64,000 nucleotides of DNA from Promethearchaeota archaeon (GCA_048939995.1 JBHLOY010000005.1:91753-155752), one strand, 5' to 3'. Positions 30,890 through 41,399 are shown, counted from the first letter of the stretch. Notes: generated by a model from the letters alone, not told the origin. Made by a program: numbers and translations.

Positions 30890-32258
30890 CTTTTAAATTG
30901 AATTTTTTCTTGAGATATTTTTTCAACTCCTCAGCTTGTTCAATTGCCTTCCCGATATATTCATGAGGGTCTAACAATTCATTTATTTCTTCTTCAGAGA
31001 ATTCATTTTTAATGATACTATTTTCAAGTAAAATATCCTTGATCATACGATTTTCTTTCCTAGATATTAGAGCAGATTTTCTTAATATCTCATGCCCCTC
31101 TTGCCTTCCAAGACCCTTATCAACCAATCTTACCATCACTTTTTCTGCTAAACAAGCGCCTTTAGTTAGATTTAAGTTTTCTTCAATTTTATTTTCATCA
31201 AATTCAATATTAGACAGATTCTCTATTAATTGTTTTATCATAAAATCTAATAATACAAAATTTTCAGCAAAAATAATTCTTTCATTTGCAGAATTTGTTA
31301 TATCTCTTTCATCCTCAAGAATAATATTATCTAAAGCAGGGATTACGTTAGATTTTATAAGCCTTGCTAAACTACAAATTCTCTCGGATTTATAAGGATT
31401 TCTTTTATGTGGCATTGTTGAACTTCCCACTTGAGCTCCTTTAAAAGGTTCAAACATCTCTGATATTTCAGTTCGTTGTAATATACGAAATTGGGTAGCT
31501 ATTTTTGCTAAAGTTTGACCAATTAAAGCAGTCAATAGTATTACTTCAGCATGCCTATCTCTTTGTATAATTTGATTAGCAATAAGAACTGGATTCAAAT
31601 CAAGCTCTTTCATGATAGCTCTTTGTAGCTCGATACCCTGATCACCAAAACTCGCCATAGTTCCAACGGCTCCCGACATTTTTCCATAGGAAATGCGTTC
31701 TAATATTTCATTTATTCTATCAAGATGTCGATTTACTTCATAAGCCCATACACCAAATCTCATGCCATATGTTGTTGGTAAAGCATGCTGCCCGTGTGTT
31801 CTTCCAATGCAGATATTATCCTTATTTTTATCTATCTGTATTATTAATACTTGCAATAGCTTTAAGAGTGATACTCGAGTATAATTTAATGCCTCTTTTA
31901 ATTGTAACGCTGTAGCAGTATCTTCTATATCATAGCTAGTCGCTCCTAGATGAATATATTTGCCTGCATCGCCCTCACATTGTTCCGTTAGAGCCTTTAC
32001 CATAGCCATTAAATCGTGATGAATTTTACTATCAATTTCTTTCACACGTTCTAATTTGACGTAATCTAAATTTGCTTTCTTGACAATTTCTTCTGCTGCT
32101 ATTCTAGGAATATTTCCAAAGTCAGAATGAACTTTAGCTAGAACAGCTTCTACTTTTAGCCAGGTTTCCAGTTTTTTTTCTTCTGTGAATAGCTTAGCCA
32201 ATTCAGTGCGATAGCGGGTTTCAATAGGATGTATATATTTATGGTTCATAAAGTTCAC
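30882..32258 (-). CDS. purB: Adenylosuccinate lyase
   Basis: HLGATSYD, GRTHGQHA, GSSTMPHKRNP. Confidence 0.95.
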   Translation of the reverse strand: MNFMNHKYIHPIETRYRTELAKLFTEEKKLETWLKVEAVLAKVHSDFGNIPRIAAEEIVKKANLDYVKLERVKEIDSKIHHDLMAMVKALTEQCEGDAGKYIHLGATSYDIEDTATALQLKEALNYTRVSLLKLLQVLIIQIDKNKDNICIGRTHGQHALPTTYGMRFGVWAYEVNRHLDRINEILERISYGKMSGAVGTMASFGDQGIELQRAIMKELDLNPVLIANQIIQRDRHAEVILLTALIGQTLAKIATQFRILQRTEISEMFEPFKGAQVGSSTMPHKRNPYKSERICSLARLIKSNVIPALDNIILEDERDITNSANERIIFAENFVLLDFMIKQLIENLSNIEFDENKIEENLNLTKGACLAEKVMVRLVDKGLGRQEGHEILRKSALISRKENRMIKDILLENSIIKNEFSEEEINELLDPHEYIGKAIEQAEELKKYLKKKFNLKDA

Positions 32259-32450
32259 TTTAAATACTACTTTTCTAATCTAATAAAAATAATAATTTTT
32301 TATTATCTTTTCTATTAAAAATCTGATATCCTTAACAATTATAATAGAATATACCAATATTAATAAGAAATTTCTATGTATTATATATAGCAAATTAATA
32401 AATTTTTAACCTTATAACAATTTTAAGCAGCTACAATTTTTTATAATGGA

Positions 32451-32645
32451 ATGCAGAAGAGATATTATTTCTTTCGATGTTATCATTGTGGCGAATGGTA
32501 TTATTTTAATAGAATTATTAAAACAAAAAAATGTTGGAAATGTAATCGTTCTTTTACGTTTAAACCATCAACCAAATTTTCAAAAGAAGTAACCCCTTCT
32601 CAAGCGATTAAAATTATTAAATATTTAAAAGAAAAATCAAATTAA
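32451..32645 (+). CDS. Small zinc-ribbon protein (DUF1922-like)
   Basis: FRCYHCG..KKCWKC, 64 aa. Confidence 0.6.
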   Translation: MQKRYYFFRCYHCGEWYYFNRIIKTKKCWKCNRSFTFKPSTKFSKEVTPSQAIKIIKYLKEKSN

Positions 32646-32762
32646 GTAATTCATACCAATTTAAGCTTAATTTTATAGATTTTAATCAATAAAAAAAAAT
32701 ACTTTAATTTGCAATTATTCAATCATCTTATTAGTCTAATTCTTTTTCTAAAAAAAAATAAC

Positions 32763-34214
32763 ATGAAGATTGTTGATGAATTAAAAGTATTTGATGATAG
32801 TCTAATAAAAAGATTATCAAACTTAGCCACAAATAAAATTAATTATTGGGACCTTAGGGCTAGTCTTCAAAATGGTATAACATTAGATTTTACAAACCAA
32901 AAAAGTAAAGAAATTAGTTCATATGAAACCTTAGAATGTGGAATAAGGACATTTTTAGATGGAGGATGGGGATTTTGCGTTTTAAAGGAATTAAATAGGG
33001 AGAATATAATAAATAGCTTCTCGAAAGCGATAAAATTGGCAAAACAATCACATTTATTTTGCAAAACGAACTTTAAAATGACTGAAAGCAAACCTATCCA
33101 AAAACATTTTATCATCAATAGCAAAAGGAATTTAGAAAGTATTGATATAAAAGATAAAATTGAAATTGTAAAATATCATGAAGATATTGCTTCTACTTAC
33201 TCTAAAAAAATAAAAAATAGTCACACAATATATCTTGACGGAAACTCTAAACATCTTTTTCTAAATTCCTTCGGTAGCAAGATATACCAAGATTTTGAAA
33301 TGGTGCGGATTTTTTCCGCCGTTTATGCTCAAAAAGAAAGCATAATTCAAACTGCTATGAATTCAGTTGGGGGAGTGGGAGGCTTTGAAATACTAGAAAC
33401 AGAGGAAGCTCAAAAAATAAGTTTAAAGTCAGCAAAGCAGGCAGTAAAACTTTTAGATGCAAAATCACCGGTAGGTGGTAAATTTAATGTGATTATGGAT
33501 TCTAAATTAACAGGAACATTTATCCATGAAGCTTTTGGTCATGCTTGCGAAGCAGATTTAGTGTTAAATAAGGAGAGTATATTAGAAGACAAAATCGGGA
33601 AAATAGTAGCGATTGATGATGTGAATGTAATTGATGACCCTACTATAGGTAAAGCAAAAATGTTTAATTTACCATATGAACTATATGGAAGCTATTTTGT
33701 CGATGATGAGGGTATTCCTTCACAAAAAACGGTAATAATTGAGAATGGAATCCTTCGAAACTTCCTTCATAATATAGAAACGGCCTCTAGGATGTCTGTG
33801 CTACCTAATGGTCATGGAAGAGCAAATTCATGTACTGCAACTCCCCAAGTGAGGATGGGCTTTACATACCTGGAACCTAAAGATTGGGAGTTAGATGAGA
33901 TGATAGAAGATACAAAATCTGGGATATTATGCGAGGATTTCCAATATGGATATACTGATGCAACCACAGGTAACTTTCAATTTAAATGTAAGTTCTCTTA
34001 TAAAATCGAAAATGGTGAGAAAAAGGAATTAATGAGAGATGTATCTCTTTCTGGAATGACGTTGGATGTATTAAAAAAAATAAATAGTATAGGTAATAAA
34101 AATACTTTTAATTATTCTGATGGAATGTGTGGAAAAGGTGGTCAAGGTATTAGAGTTTGTGATGGAGGTCCATACATTAGGATTGAAGCTGTAATTGTAG
34201 GAGGGCTAAATTAA
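32763..34214 (+). CDS. tldD: TldD metalloprotease subunit
   Basis: HEAFGH, DDEG, NGHGR, CGKGGQ; ATG at 32763 preferred to track TTG 32709. Confidence 0.9.
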   Translation: MKIVDELKVFDDSLIKRLSNLATNKINYWDLRASLQNGITLDFTNQKSKEISSYETLECGIRTFLDGGWGFCVLKELNRENIINSFSKAIKLAKQSHLFCKTNFKMTESKPIQKHFIINSKRNLESIDIKDKIEIVKYHEDIASTYSKKIKNSHTIYLDGNSKHLFLNSFGSKIYQDFEMVRIFSAVYAQKESIIQTAMNSVGGVGGFEILETEEAQKISLKSAKQAVKLLDAKSPVGGKFNVIMDSKLTGTFIHEAFGHACEADLVLNKESILEDKIGKIVAIDDVNVIDDPTIGKAKMFNLPYELYGSYFVDDEGIPSQKTVIIENGILRNFLHNIETASRMSVLPNGHGRANSCTATPQVRMGFTYLEPKDWELDEMIEDTKSGILCEDFQYGYTDATTGNFQFKCKFSYKIENGEKKELMRDVSLSGMTLDVLKKINSIGNKNTFNYSDGMCGKGGQGIRVCDGGPYIRIEAVIVGGLN

Positions 34215-35582
34215 ATGGATATTTCTGCTCTATTCAACCTTGCCTTAAAAGCATTAGATATTGCTGAAAAAAATGGGGGAAAGCTTGCTGAAATATACTT
34301 CTCTCTGAGCGATTATATTAATATAGATATCGAGGAAAATTCAATAAAAAACAATGAATTAGGGAGTGATTATGGATGTGGGATTCGGATAATTAATCAC
34401 AATGGATCGCTAGGATTTGCTTTTACTAATAGACTAGAGAATCAATATATTGAAAGAATGACAAAAAATGCAGTTAGCATGATGAGGACCGGAACTAAAG
34501 ATCCTGATTTTAAGAATCTTCCCTCTAAATATGAAAATTATGAGAAAGTTAAAGGATTATATGACAAAAATATAGAAAACCTTACCATTGAAGAATCAAT
34601 TAAGTTTGTAGAAGCATTAATTAAAAAATGTGATGAGGACGAACTAGCTATTTCCCAGTCTGGCAATTTTTCATCTAGTTATACTAAAATATTCATATTC
34701 AATACGAATGGAATTGAAGTTAACTCAAAAACCACTATTAGCTCTTTATCCTCACATGTTATTGTAAAGGATAAAATAACAAAGGACACTTCTTTTGGAT
34801 TTGAAAATCAGATTGAAAGAACACTAAAGGGAATTGATAGTGAGGAAGTTGTTATCACAGCTATAGATAATGCGAAAAGAAATTTAAATAGAAAAAAAAT
34901 AAAAAGTGCTAGAATTCCAATTATCCTTACCCCTAGAGGCGTTATTAGCTTTATTTTAAGACCATTAGCCTCAGCAATTAACGCTGAGACTTTCCAATAT
35001 AAACGTAGTTTCCTTGTTGATAAGCGAGGAGAAATTCTTGGTCCAAAGTTTTTAAATATTGAAGATAACGCTTTAATTGATGGGGCTGTGGGTTCTGCGA
35101 CCTTTGATGGGGAAGGTATCCCTTGCAAAAACAAGAAGATAATCGATAGGGGAGTATTTTTAAGGTCTGGTTTGCTACATAATAATTATACTGCCCTAAA
35201 AGAGGGTGTTGAGAGTTCGGGAAATGCTGCACGTAATTCTTATAGTTCTCTTCCAAATATAGGGATTTCCAATTTTATTCTTCAACCAGGAAATTCTTCA
35301 AAAAAGGAATTGATTAGAGAAATCAAAGAAGGGATTTTATTAGATTATACTGGAGATAGACCTAATGTCTCTACTGGGGATTTCTCTGGACTAATACTTC
35401 AAGGAAATTTGATAAAAAACGGTGAGATTTTGGACCCACTTAATGAGACAATGTTTGGCATTAATTTATTAGATTTATTCAGTCATATTGAAGAGATTTC
35501 TAAAGAAATAAAAGTTTATGGGCCATATCAAGCCCCATATGTAAAAATTGCAGATGTTAAAATTATTGGTAGCTCTCCTTAA
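34215..35582 (+). CDS. pmbA: TldE/PmbA subunit
   Basis: FDGEG, SGNA, TGDFS; no HExxxH; directly follows tldD. Confidence 0.88.
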   Translation: MDISALFNLALKALDIAEKNGGKLAEIYFSLSDYINIDIEENSIKNNELGSDYGCGIRIINHNGSLGFAFTNRLENQYIERMTKNAVSMMRTGTKDPDFKNLPSKYENYEKVKGLYDKNIENLTIEESIKFVEALIKKCDEDELAISQSGNFSSSYTKIFIFNTNGIEVNSKTTISSLSSHVIVKDKITKDTSFGFENQIERTLKGIDSEEVVITAIDNAKRNLNRKKIKSARIPIILTPRGVISFILRPLASAINAETFQYKRSFLVDKRGEILGPKFLNIEDNALIDGAVGSATFDGEGIPCKNKKIIDRGVFLRSGLLHNNYTALKEGVESSGNAARNSYSSLPNIGISNFILQPGNSSKKELIREIKEGILLDYTGDRPNVSTGDFSGLILQGNLIKNGEILDPLNETMFGINLLDLFSHIEEISKEIKVYGPYQAPYVKIADVKIIGSSP

Positions 35583-36097
35583 GGTAAGATATTTAATCTA
35601 AGCCATAAAATATCAAAAAAGCTGGGTTCATCAATTATTTCCCATAAAACAGCAATTATTATTTGATTAGAACCAGGTATCATAAACGAAATATTTAACA
35701 TTTCTGAGATCCATCTTTCACCAATCATTAAGATCGTTTGAGAGGTATTAAAGTAAGAGGTAGCATTTTCATAACTAGATGAACTTAATGCTGTATTATT
35801 ATCTCCCTTTAAGATTTCTACCTTAAAAGTGAAATCTCTATTTAGAAAATTCTCAACTGATACGTAAATTGATACATTTTCACCCACGTTTGCCTCTGTC
35901 GGATAATTTTCCGCTTTCTTTTCCTCATTTAACAATCCAAAGACTACAAAACCGGGTTCTGGAGTTAAAATGTAATACATTATAAACCCTGAAATAATTA
36001 AAATCCCTATAATTATACTTATTTTCACTATATTCTCAAATTGTATATGATCTATTGTTTTTTCACGCTTATCCTGACTGCTTTTCACTTCATACAT
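35579..36097 (-). CDS. DUF1616-like membrane-anchored protein
   Basis: One TM, FGLLNEEKKAENYPT, C-terminal LWLRLNI. Confidence 0.6.
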   Translation of the reverse strand: MYEVKSSQDKREKTIDHIQFENIVKISIIIGILIISGFIMYYILTPEPGFVVFGLLNEEKKAENYPTEANVGENVSIYVSVENFLNRDFTFKVEILKGDNNTALSSSSYENATSYFNTSQTILMIGERWISEMLNISFMIPGSNQIIIAVLWEIIDEPSFFDILWLRLNILP

Positions 36098-37151
36098 TTT
36101 CTCTAAACCATGCGATAGTTTTTTCTAAACCCTCTCTTAACGGAGTCGTAGGTTCCCAATCTAATAATTTCTTTGCTTTAGATATATCAGGACACCTTCT
36201 TACTGGATCATCAATAGGAAGAGGTTTAAAGATAATTTTAGATTTAGAATTAACTATTTCCTTTATAATATTAGCTAATTCTAGAATCGTATATTCTCTG
36301 TTGTTGCCTAGATTGATTACCTCCCCTATAGCTTTCTCAGTATGAACTATTTTTAAAATTCCTTCGATTTCATCAACAACATACGTAAAGGATCTAGTTT
36401 GGGAACCGTCTCCAAAAATAGTAATATCTTGACTATTTATAGCTTGGAAAATAAAATTTGGAATAACCCGTCCAAATTCAGGACCGTGTCGTATTCTAGG
36501 ACCAGATGTATTGAAAATTCTCACTATTTTCGTTTTTATTTTATGCTGCAGTTCATAGGCTTTAACAAATGCTTCACCAGCTCTTTTAGATTCATCATAG
36601 CAGGATCTAGGTCCAACTGGATTCACATGCCCAAAATAATCTTCTGAGGTCGGAACTGCCTCACTAGGAGGATTTCCATACACTTCAGATGTGCTAGTAT
36701 AAAAAAACAACGCATTATGAGCTTTAGCTATACCTAATGCATTCATAGTTCCAAGGGTATTGCTCTTTAGTATGGGTATCGGATATTTCTTGAACTCAAA
36801 TGGAGATGCTCTACTAGCCATATGCATCACAATATCGATTTTTTTAATATCTCCAATACAAACGCCTTTAGGATGATGAGTTAGACCAAAATATATTGGC
36901 TCAGATATATCATGATTTATAAATCGAAAATTTTCCTCCTTCATTAAGTGGGCAATATTAGCAAACCTGCCAGAAGATAAATTATCCAAGCAAATACATA
37001 ATGCCCCTTGTTTAGTTAACACATCGCAAACCCAAGAGCCTAAAAAACCTGTGCCGCCCGTAACTAAAATCCTTCTACCCTTGAAATTTATTCTATCCTT
37101 TTCAAGTCGATTTATAATTTCATCTATATCTTGATTGATATCATAATTCAT
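36090..37151 (-). CDS. UDP-glucuronate decarboxylase (UDP-xylose synthase)-like SDR
   Basis: GGTGFLG, ASRASP, STSEVYG, GPRSCYDESKR, DDPVRRCPDI. Confidence 0.88.
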   Translation of the reverse strand: MNYDINQDIDEIINRLEKDRINFKGRRILVTGGTGFLGSWVCDVLTKQGALCICLDNLSSGRFANIAHLMKEENFRFINHDISEPIYFGLTHHPKGVCIGDIKKIDIVMHMASRASPFEFKKYPIPILKSNTLGTMNALGIAKAHNALFFYTSTSEVYGNPPSEAVPTSEDYFGHVNPVGPRSCYDESKRAGEAFVKAYELQHKIKTKIVRIFNTSGPRIRHGPEFGRVIPNFIFQAINSQDITIFGDGSQTRSFTYVVDEIEGILKIVHTEKAIGEVINLGNNREYTILELANIIKEIVNSKSKIIFKPLPIDDPVRRCPDISKAKKLLDWEPTTPLREGLEKTIAWFRENV

Positions 37152-37297
37152 CTCTAATAACCTTTAGAAGAATGCTCATCCTTTCTTATTTTTGTATTTA
37201 AAATTATTATTTTCTTTAAGATTTTTGTTTTCTTGATAAATCTGTAGAGTTATTAAAAAAATAAAAAATCAGATATTTATCTTTCAGAAACAGTCTT

Positions 37298-37888
37298 TTA
37301 CAAGGTTCTATTTCCACAGTATTGACAAAACTTTAATTCCAGTGGATAAAATCTGCCACAATTAGAACACTTTTTTAATGAACTTTTTAGAATTTCTCTT
37401 CCAAGCATTTCAAATACAGTTTCAACATTCTCTCCGGTTTTCGAAGAGGTACCAATGATATCACCTTTAAAATTATATTTGAAATGTATTTTTTCCGCAT
37501 CTTCTATATTTACTTCCCTCTGGTCTTCTAAATCAAGTTTAGCTTCTACTAATATTTTAGTTTTAGGAGAATTGGGAACAGAATTAATTACTTTTATCCA
37601 ATCATGGAGGTCTCCCAAGGATTCTCTGTTTGTAATATCATATAGGATTAAGGCACCTGACGCACCAGAGACATAAGAGGGTAATAAAAGTCTGAATTTT
37701 TTCTCTCCAGCGAAATCCCATATATTTAAAAGAATTTCAGTACCATCTACTATTACCTTTTTTGTTTCAAAATCCACTCCAATAGTAGATAATGTAGATT
37801 TATCAAATTTTCCAGTAGCATAACGTCTAATGAGGGAAGTTTTACCAACATTTTTAGCTCCAGCCACAACAACTTTAAACTTTATCAT
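37298..37888 (-). CDS. Rab-like small GTPase with C-terminal zinc ribbon
   Basis: GAKNVGKTS, TIGVDF, WDFAGE, LYDIT, AKLD, TSSK; tail CSNC..CQYC. Confidence 0.9.
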   Translation of the reverse strand: MIKFKVVVAGAKNVGKTSLIRRYATGKFDKSTLSTIGVDFETKKVIVDGTEILLNIWDFAGEKKFRLLLPSYVSGASGALILYDITNRESLGDLHDWIKVINSVPNSPKTKILVEAKLDLEDQREVNIEDAEKIHFKYNFKGDIIGTSSKTGENVETVFEMLGREILKSSLKKCSNCGRFYPLELKFCQYCGNRTL

Positions 37889-38082
37889 TTCTCAATAAAC
37901 CCTTTAAATAAATTGAATCTGAGATTATTTCAATATAATATTATTAATATGAATAAATAATTTTATATTTTCTTTTTTATTGATTTTGACAGCACTAATT
38001 AAATAAATTGTACATTTTAAAAATAAATTTAAGCTAGAATATTATTTTCAATATTAAGAAATCTAAAGAAAAATAAGTTAAT

Positions 38083-38559
38083 ATGACTCAAGAGTCATGG
38101 AAATATCTTATAAATGGTAGCTATGTAATGTTAGCTTCTTTATTATTACCGATTGGCTATAACCAATCGGTTTTTATATATCCATTTCCATATAGACAAT
38201 CGATTTTTATATGGATGTTTTGTTGGGTTTGGCTAGATGGTGCCATAAGGATTCGTTGGTTTTTTTGGTTTCCAGCATTAATACAAGCCCTAATAATTAT
38301 CGTTGGTGCGATTATTATCATAATTTCTGCAAGAATGGTTAAGCAAGGAAAAAAGATCAATAAAGGGACATTTACATTGGTTATTTATCTTCAAATTGCC
38401 ACTCTTTTGATAAATTTAATTTCCAATTTTCTTTTCTCTCGGATAATTATCCCCTTTTTTGGATATATATCCTTTTTATTTGGGTTAATCTTACTAGTTA
38501 TTGGCAACAAGAAGTATTATAAAGAATCCACTAATTCAAGGAATATGTTGGAATCATAA
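38083..38559 (+). CDS. Hypothetical membrane protein (about 4 TM)
   Basis: Hydrophobic, Trp-rich 158-aa ORF. Confidence 0.6.
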   Translation: MTQESWKYLINGSYVMLASLLLPIGYNQSVFIYPFPYRQSIFIWMFCWVWLDGAIRIRWFFWFPALIQALIIIVGAIIIIISARMVKQGKKINKGTFTLVIYLQIATLLINLISNFLFSRIIIPFFGYISFLFGLILLVIGNKKYYKESTNSRNMLES

Positions 38560-38671
38560 CTCAAGAACCTTGGAAAATCTGTTTATATTACCATACCTTA
38601 TTCCTTACTTTGGATATTTTATATGGATATTTGCTCTCATTTTATTGGTTAAAGTCATAAAAACTTTATAA
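38556..38671 (+). pseudogene. Internally deleted remnant of a paralogue of 38083..38559
   Basis: ITQEPWK vs MTQESWK; shifted frame gives IPYFGY..IFALILLV vs IPFFGY..LFGLILLV. Confidence 0.6.
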
Positions 38672-38672
38672 A

Positions 38673-41021
38673 CTAGTCTCTATCTTCATTTGTGTATTTA
38701 TACCGACTGATTTTAAGAATTTCGTCAGCAATTTTTTTCCCAATACTCTCAACTCGCATCAGTTCTCCATACTCTGCATTAAAAATGTTTTGGAGTGATT
38801 TTAACTCTTTTAATAGATTTTTTGCGCGAAGCGAGTTTATACCTGGTATTCCTGCTACTATGTATTCTAGTAGGTGGTTAATTTCGATAGGTTTTTTTTC
38901 AAATCTTAATTTTGGTTCTCCCTTGGACTCAGAAAATTCTTTCTTAGCTAATTGAAATAGAAATTTAGCTGTTTCTGAGGAATCTTTAGTCTTATAAATC
39001 AATATCCCCAGATTTAATATTATCGAAGTAATTGCGCCATAGAGAGCATTTTCATTTATAGCAGAATCTACAAATGGGTCACCCTCTAAAATTAATATAG
39101 GCCTTTCAAAATTGTTTTTTAAGTCAAATAATTCATTGAATAACCTTCCATCTTTAAGTGAGTCATTAAAATCTTGGCTAGATTTCCTCTCAATGCCAAC
39201 TCTCTCGGAAACTACATAATCAGCCACTTTTAACTGTTCTAGCTTTAACTTGACACCCATAAGCGAGAGATTTCTAACTACAGAGGAGGAAGTTTCTCTA
39301 TTATCACAGATTATAAAAAAATCATTAAATTCCTCCAATAGTATTTTTTCTGGTTTTACCTCTTCATCCTTTTGGGTTTCATCCAATTGTGAATTTTTTT
39401 TATTTATGAAATTTAAGAGACTTGGTTGTTCTTTCTTTGATGAGGATTCTGATTCTTTTATTTTTTTCAAGCTTTGCCTCATATTCTTCTCTTTTGATCG
39501 TTCTGCCCAGTAATACCCCTCATCTCTAGTATTTTCTGCCATTAATATATATACTTTACCCTCCTTTCCTCTTCCAGTTCGACCTCTTCTTTGAATTGAT
39601 CTTATTGCACTAGGTACAACATCATAAAATATCACTAAATCACAATCCATTATGTCTAATCCTTCTTCTGCCACACTTGTTCCTACTAAAGTATTAAAAA
39701 GTCCGTCCTTAAAATTCTCTAAAATACTAATTTGCTCCTTTTGAGATAAACCTTTATCATGTGTTCTTTTCTGTTGACCTACAAATTTATGAGCTTTGAT
39801 GATTGGATGTTCATCTAAAAATTTCACAATATTGTTAACAGAATCCCTAAAATGACAAAAAACTAAAATTCTAGAACTTGAATTTTCCACTAGCTGATTC
39901 TGTAGTATTTCAACTAACTTTTCTAACTTAGGGTGAATAATTCCCTTTGAGATTACTGAATTTACTAAATTATTCATTCTTTTAAAATCATGATCGCTAT
40001 AAAGTTCTTTAAGTGATTTATTGGCGGTATTTTTCTTTATTTTTTCTTCAATTTTATCCAAATAATCCTTTAATGCGTTAATACCTTGAGTTTCAATCAA
40101 TTCTTGCATATGGGAAAGTCTAATGGCATTTGAGGCATACTTTTTAGCGACAAATAATTGGATTTTCTCTTTATCGTCTCGAGAACTGGAAATCTTTTTA
40201 TTTATAATGGTATTTAACTTCAATAAATCCTTTCTAGTGATTTTATTAATATCTGATGAATTTAAAAGTCCTAATTGTTTTAGCCATTTATAGATACTTC
40301 TTAATTTCTCTACAAAGATTTTGCTAATTTCTAGAAATTCACTTGGAAGAATAATTTTAATCCACTCATTATCCACTTTATGGATGTACGGTTTTACATC
40401 AGAATCTGCATCAGTTCTAATTTCAATATGATTTATAAATAGATTATTCTTAATTTCATTAATTTTTCCTTCTGTAGAGCCTGGGCTAGCTGTAAGGCCT
40501 AAAATTTGAGGATTTTGAGCAAGCTCCATGTATTTCTGAGCAATAAAACAGTATGCATAATCTCCTACTGCTCTATGACATTCATCAAAAATTATTAAGG
40601 AAACATTTTTGATAGTGTAAAGGTTGGAAATTATGTCATTTTGTAAGACTTGAGGAGTCATAAACGCAACTTTACTTTCATGCCAGATAATTAAACGCTT
40701 ATCCGGACTAATATCACCAGTTAATGATACTAAATTGTTTTCTGGAATATTAGTTAGATTTAAAAACGATTTATAATGTTGATTTACTAAGGGTTTGGTT
40801 GGAGCTAGAAAAATGACTTTACTATCTGGTAAATCTGATAATCTTTGTGCTGCTAACATCAACCCTAATATCGTCTTACCTAACCCAGTCGGAATGACTA
40901 CTAAACAGTTTTTATTTAGACAATTAATAAAAATATTTTCTTGGTAAGCCCTTCTAATTATGGTATTTTCTTTAATTAAAGGGTGAGAAATAAAATCTTG
41001 CTTAGTAGATACAAAAATCAC
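38673..41021 (-). CDS. hef: Hef (FANCM-like) DEAH helicase with ERCC4 nuclease
   Basis: PTGLGKT, DECH, TASPG, QRRGRTGR; ADYVV, ERKS..D, C-terminal HhH2. Confidence 0.95.
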   Translation of the reverse strand: MIFVSTKQDFISHPLIKENTIIRRAYQENIFINCLNKNCLVVIPTGLGKTILGLMLAAQRLSDLPDSKVIFLAPTKPLVNQHYKSFLNLTNIPENNLVSLTGDISPDKRLIIWHESKVAFMTPQVLQNDIISNLYTIKNVSLIIFDECHRAVGDYAYCFIAQKYMELAQNPQILGLTASPGSTEGKINEIKNNLFINHIEIRTDADSDVKPYIHKVDNEWIKIILPSEFLEISKIFVEKLRSIYKWLKQLGLLNSSDINKITRKDLLKLNTIINKKISSSRDDKEKIQLFVAKKYASNAIRLSHMQELIETQGINALKDYLDKIEEKIKKNTANKSLKELYSDHDFKRMNNLVNSVISKGIIHPKLEKLVEILQNQLVENSSSRILVFCHFRDSVNNIVKFLDEHPIIKAHKFVGQQKRTHDKGLSQKEQISILENFKDGLFNTLVGTSVAEEGLDIMDCDLVIFYDVVPSAIRSIQRRGRTGRGKEGKVYILMAENTRDEGYYWAERSKEKNMRQSLKKIKESESSSKKEQPSLLNFINKKNSQLDETQKDEEVKPEKILLEEFNDFFIICDNRETSSSVVRNLSLMGVKLKLEQLKVADYVVSERVGIERKSSQDFNDSLKDGRLFNELFDLKNNFERPILILEGDPFVDSAINENALYGAITSIILNLGILIYKTKDSSETAKFLFQLAKKEFSESKGEPKLRFEKKPIEINHLLEYIVAGIPGINSLRAKNLLKELKSLQNIFNAEYGELMRVESIGKKIADEILKISRYKYTNEDRD

Positions 41022-41162
41022 CGAATTTGATGAATTTTAATATGATTCACATAGATCTTTATTTAATATGTTATAAATTTATAGAGTCAATAGAATCTCT
41101 TAAATTATATTGATGCCTTTTTAATAATAAGTTAATAGGTAAAGTAGAAATATTTGATGGAA

Positions 41163-41297
41163 GCGCGAGTGGTTTAGAGGCTATAACGACACGCTCACAC
41201 CGTGTAAATCATCACTAAATAATAGTGTCGATCTCGACGGTCGGGGGTTCAATAATCTGAAAACTTATTTCAGACTGAAAAATTCCCCCCTTGCGCA
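41163..41297 (+). tRNA. tRNA-Val(CAC) with two non-canonical introns (variable region and T-loop)
   Basis: Acceptor GCGCGAG/CTTGCGC+A; D arm GTTT..TAAC; anticodon arm ACACG-CTCACAC-CGTGT; T stem GGGGG-TTC..CCCCC; about 32 and 30 extra nt forming hairpins. Confidence 0.85.
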
Positions 41298-41306
41298 TTC
41301 TTTTTA
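41298..41306 (+). terminator. T-rich archaeal terminator after the tRNA
   Basis: TTCTTTTT immediately 3' of the discriminator base. Confidence 0.4.
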
Positions 41307-41399
41307 CTATTTAATTACGATACTCCGCTCTAAACCAAAAAAGTTTTATTTTATTATGTATTTTACATTTTAAACACTTTTTTTATGGTATAAAAGACC

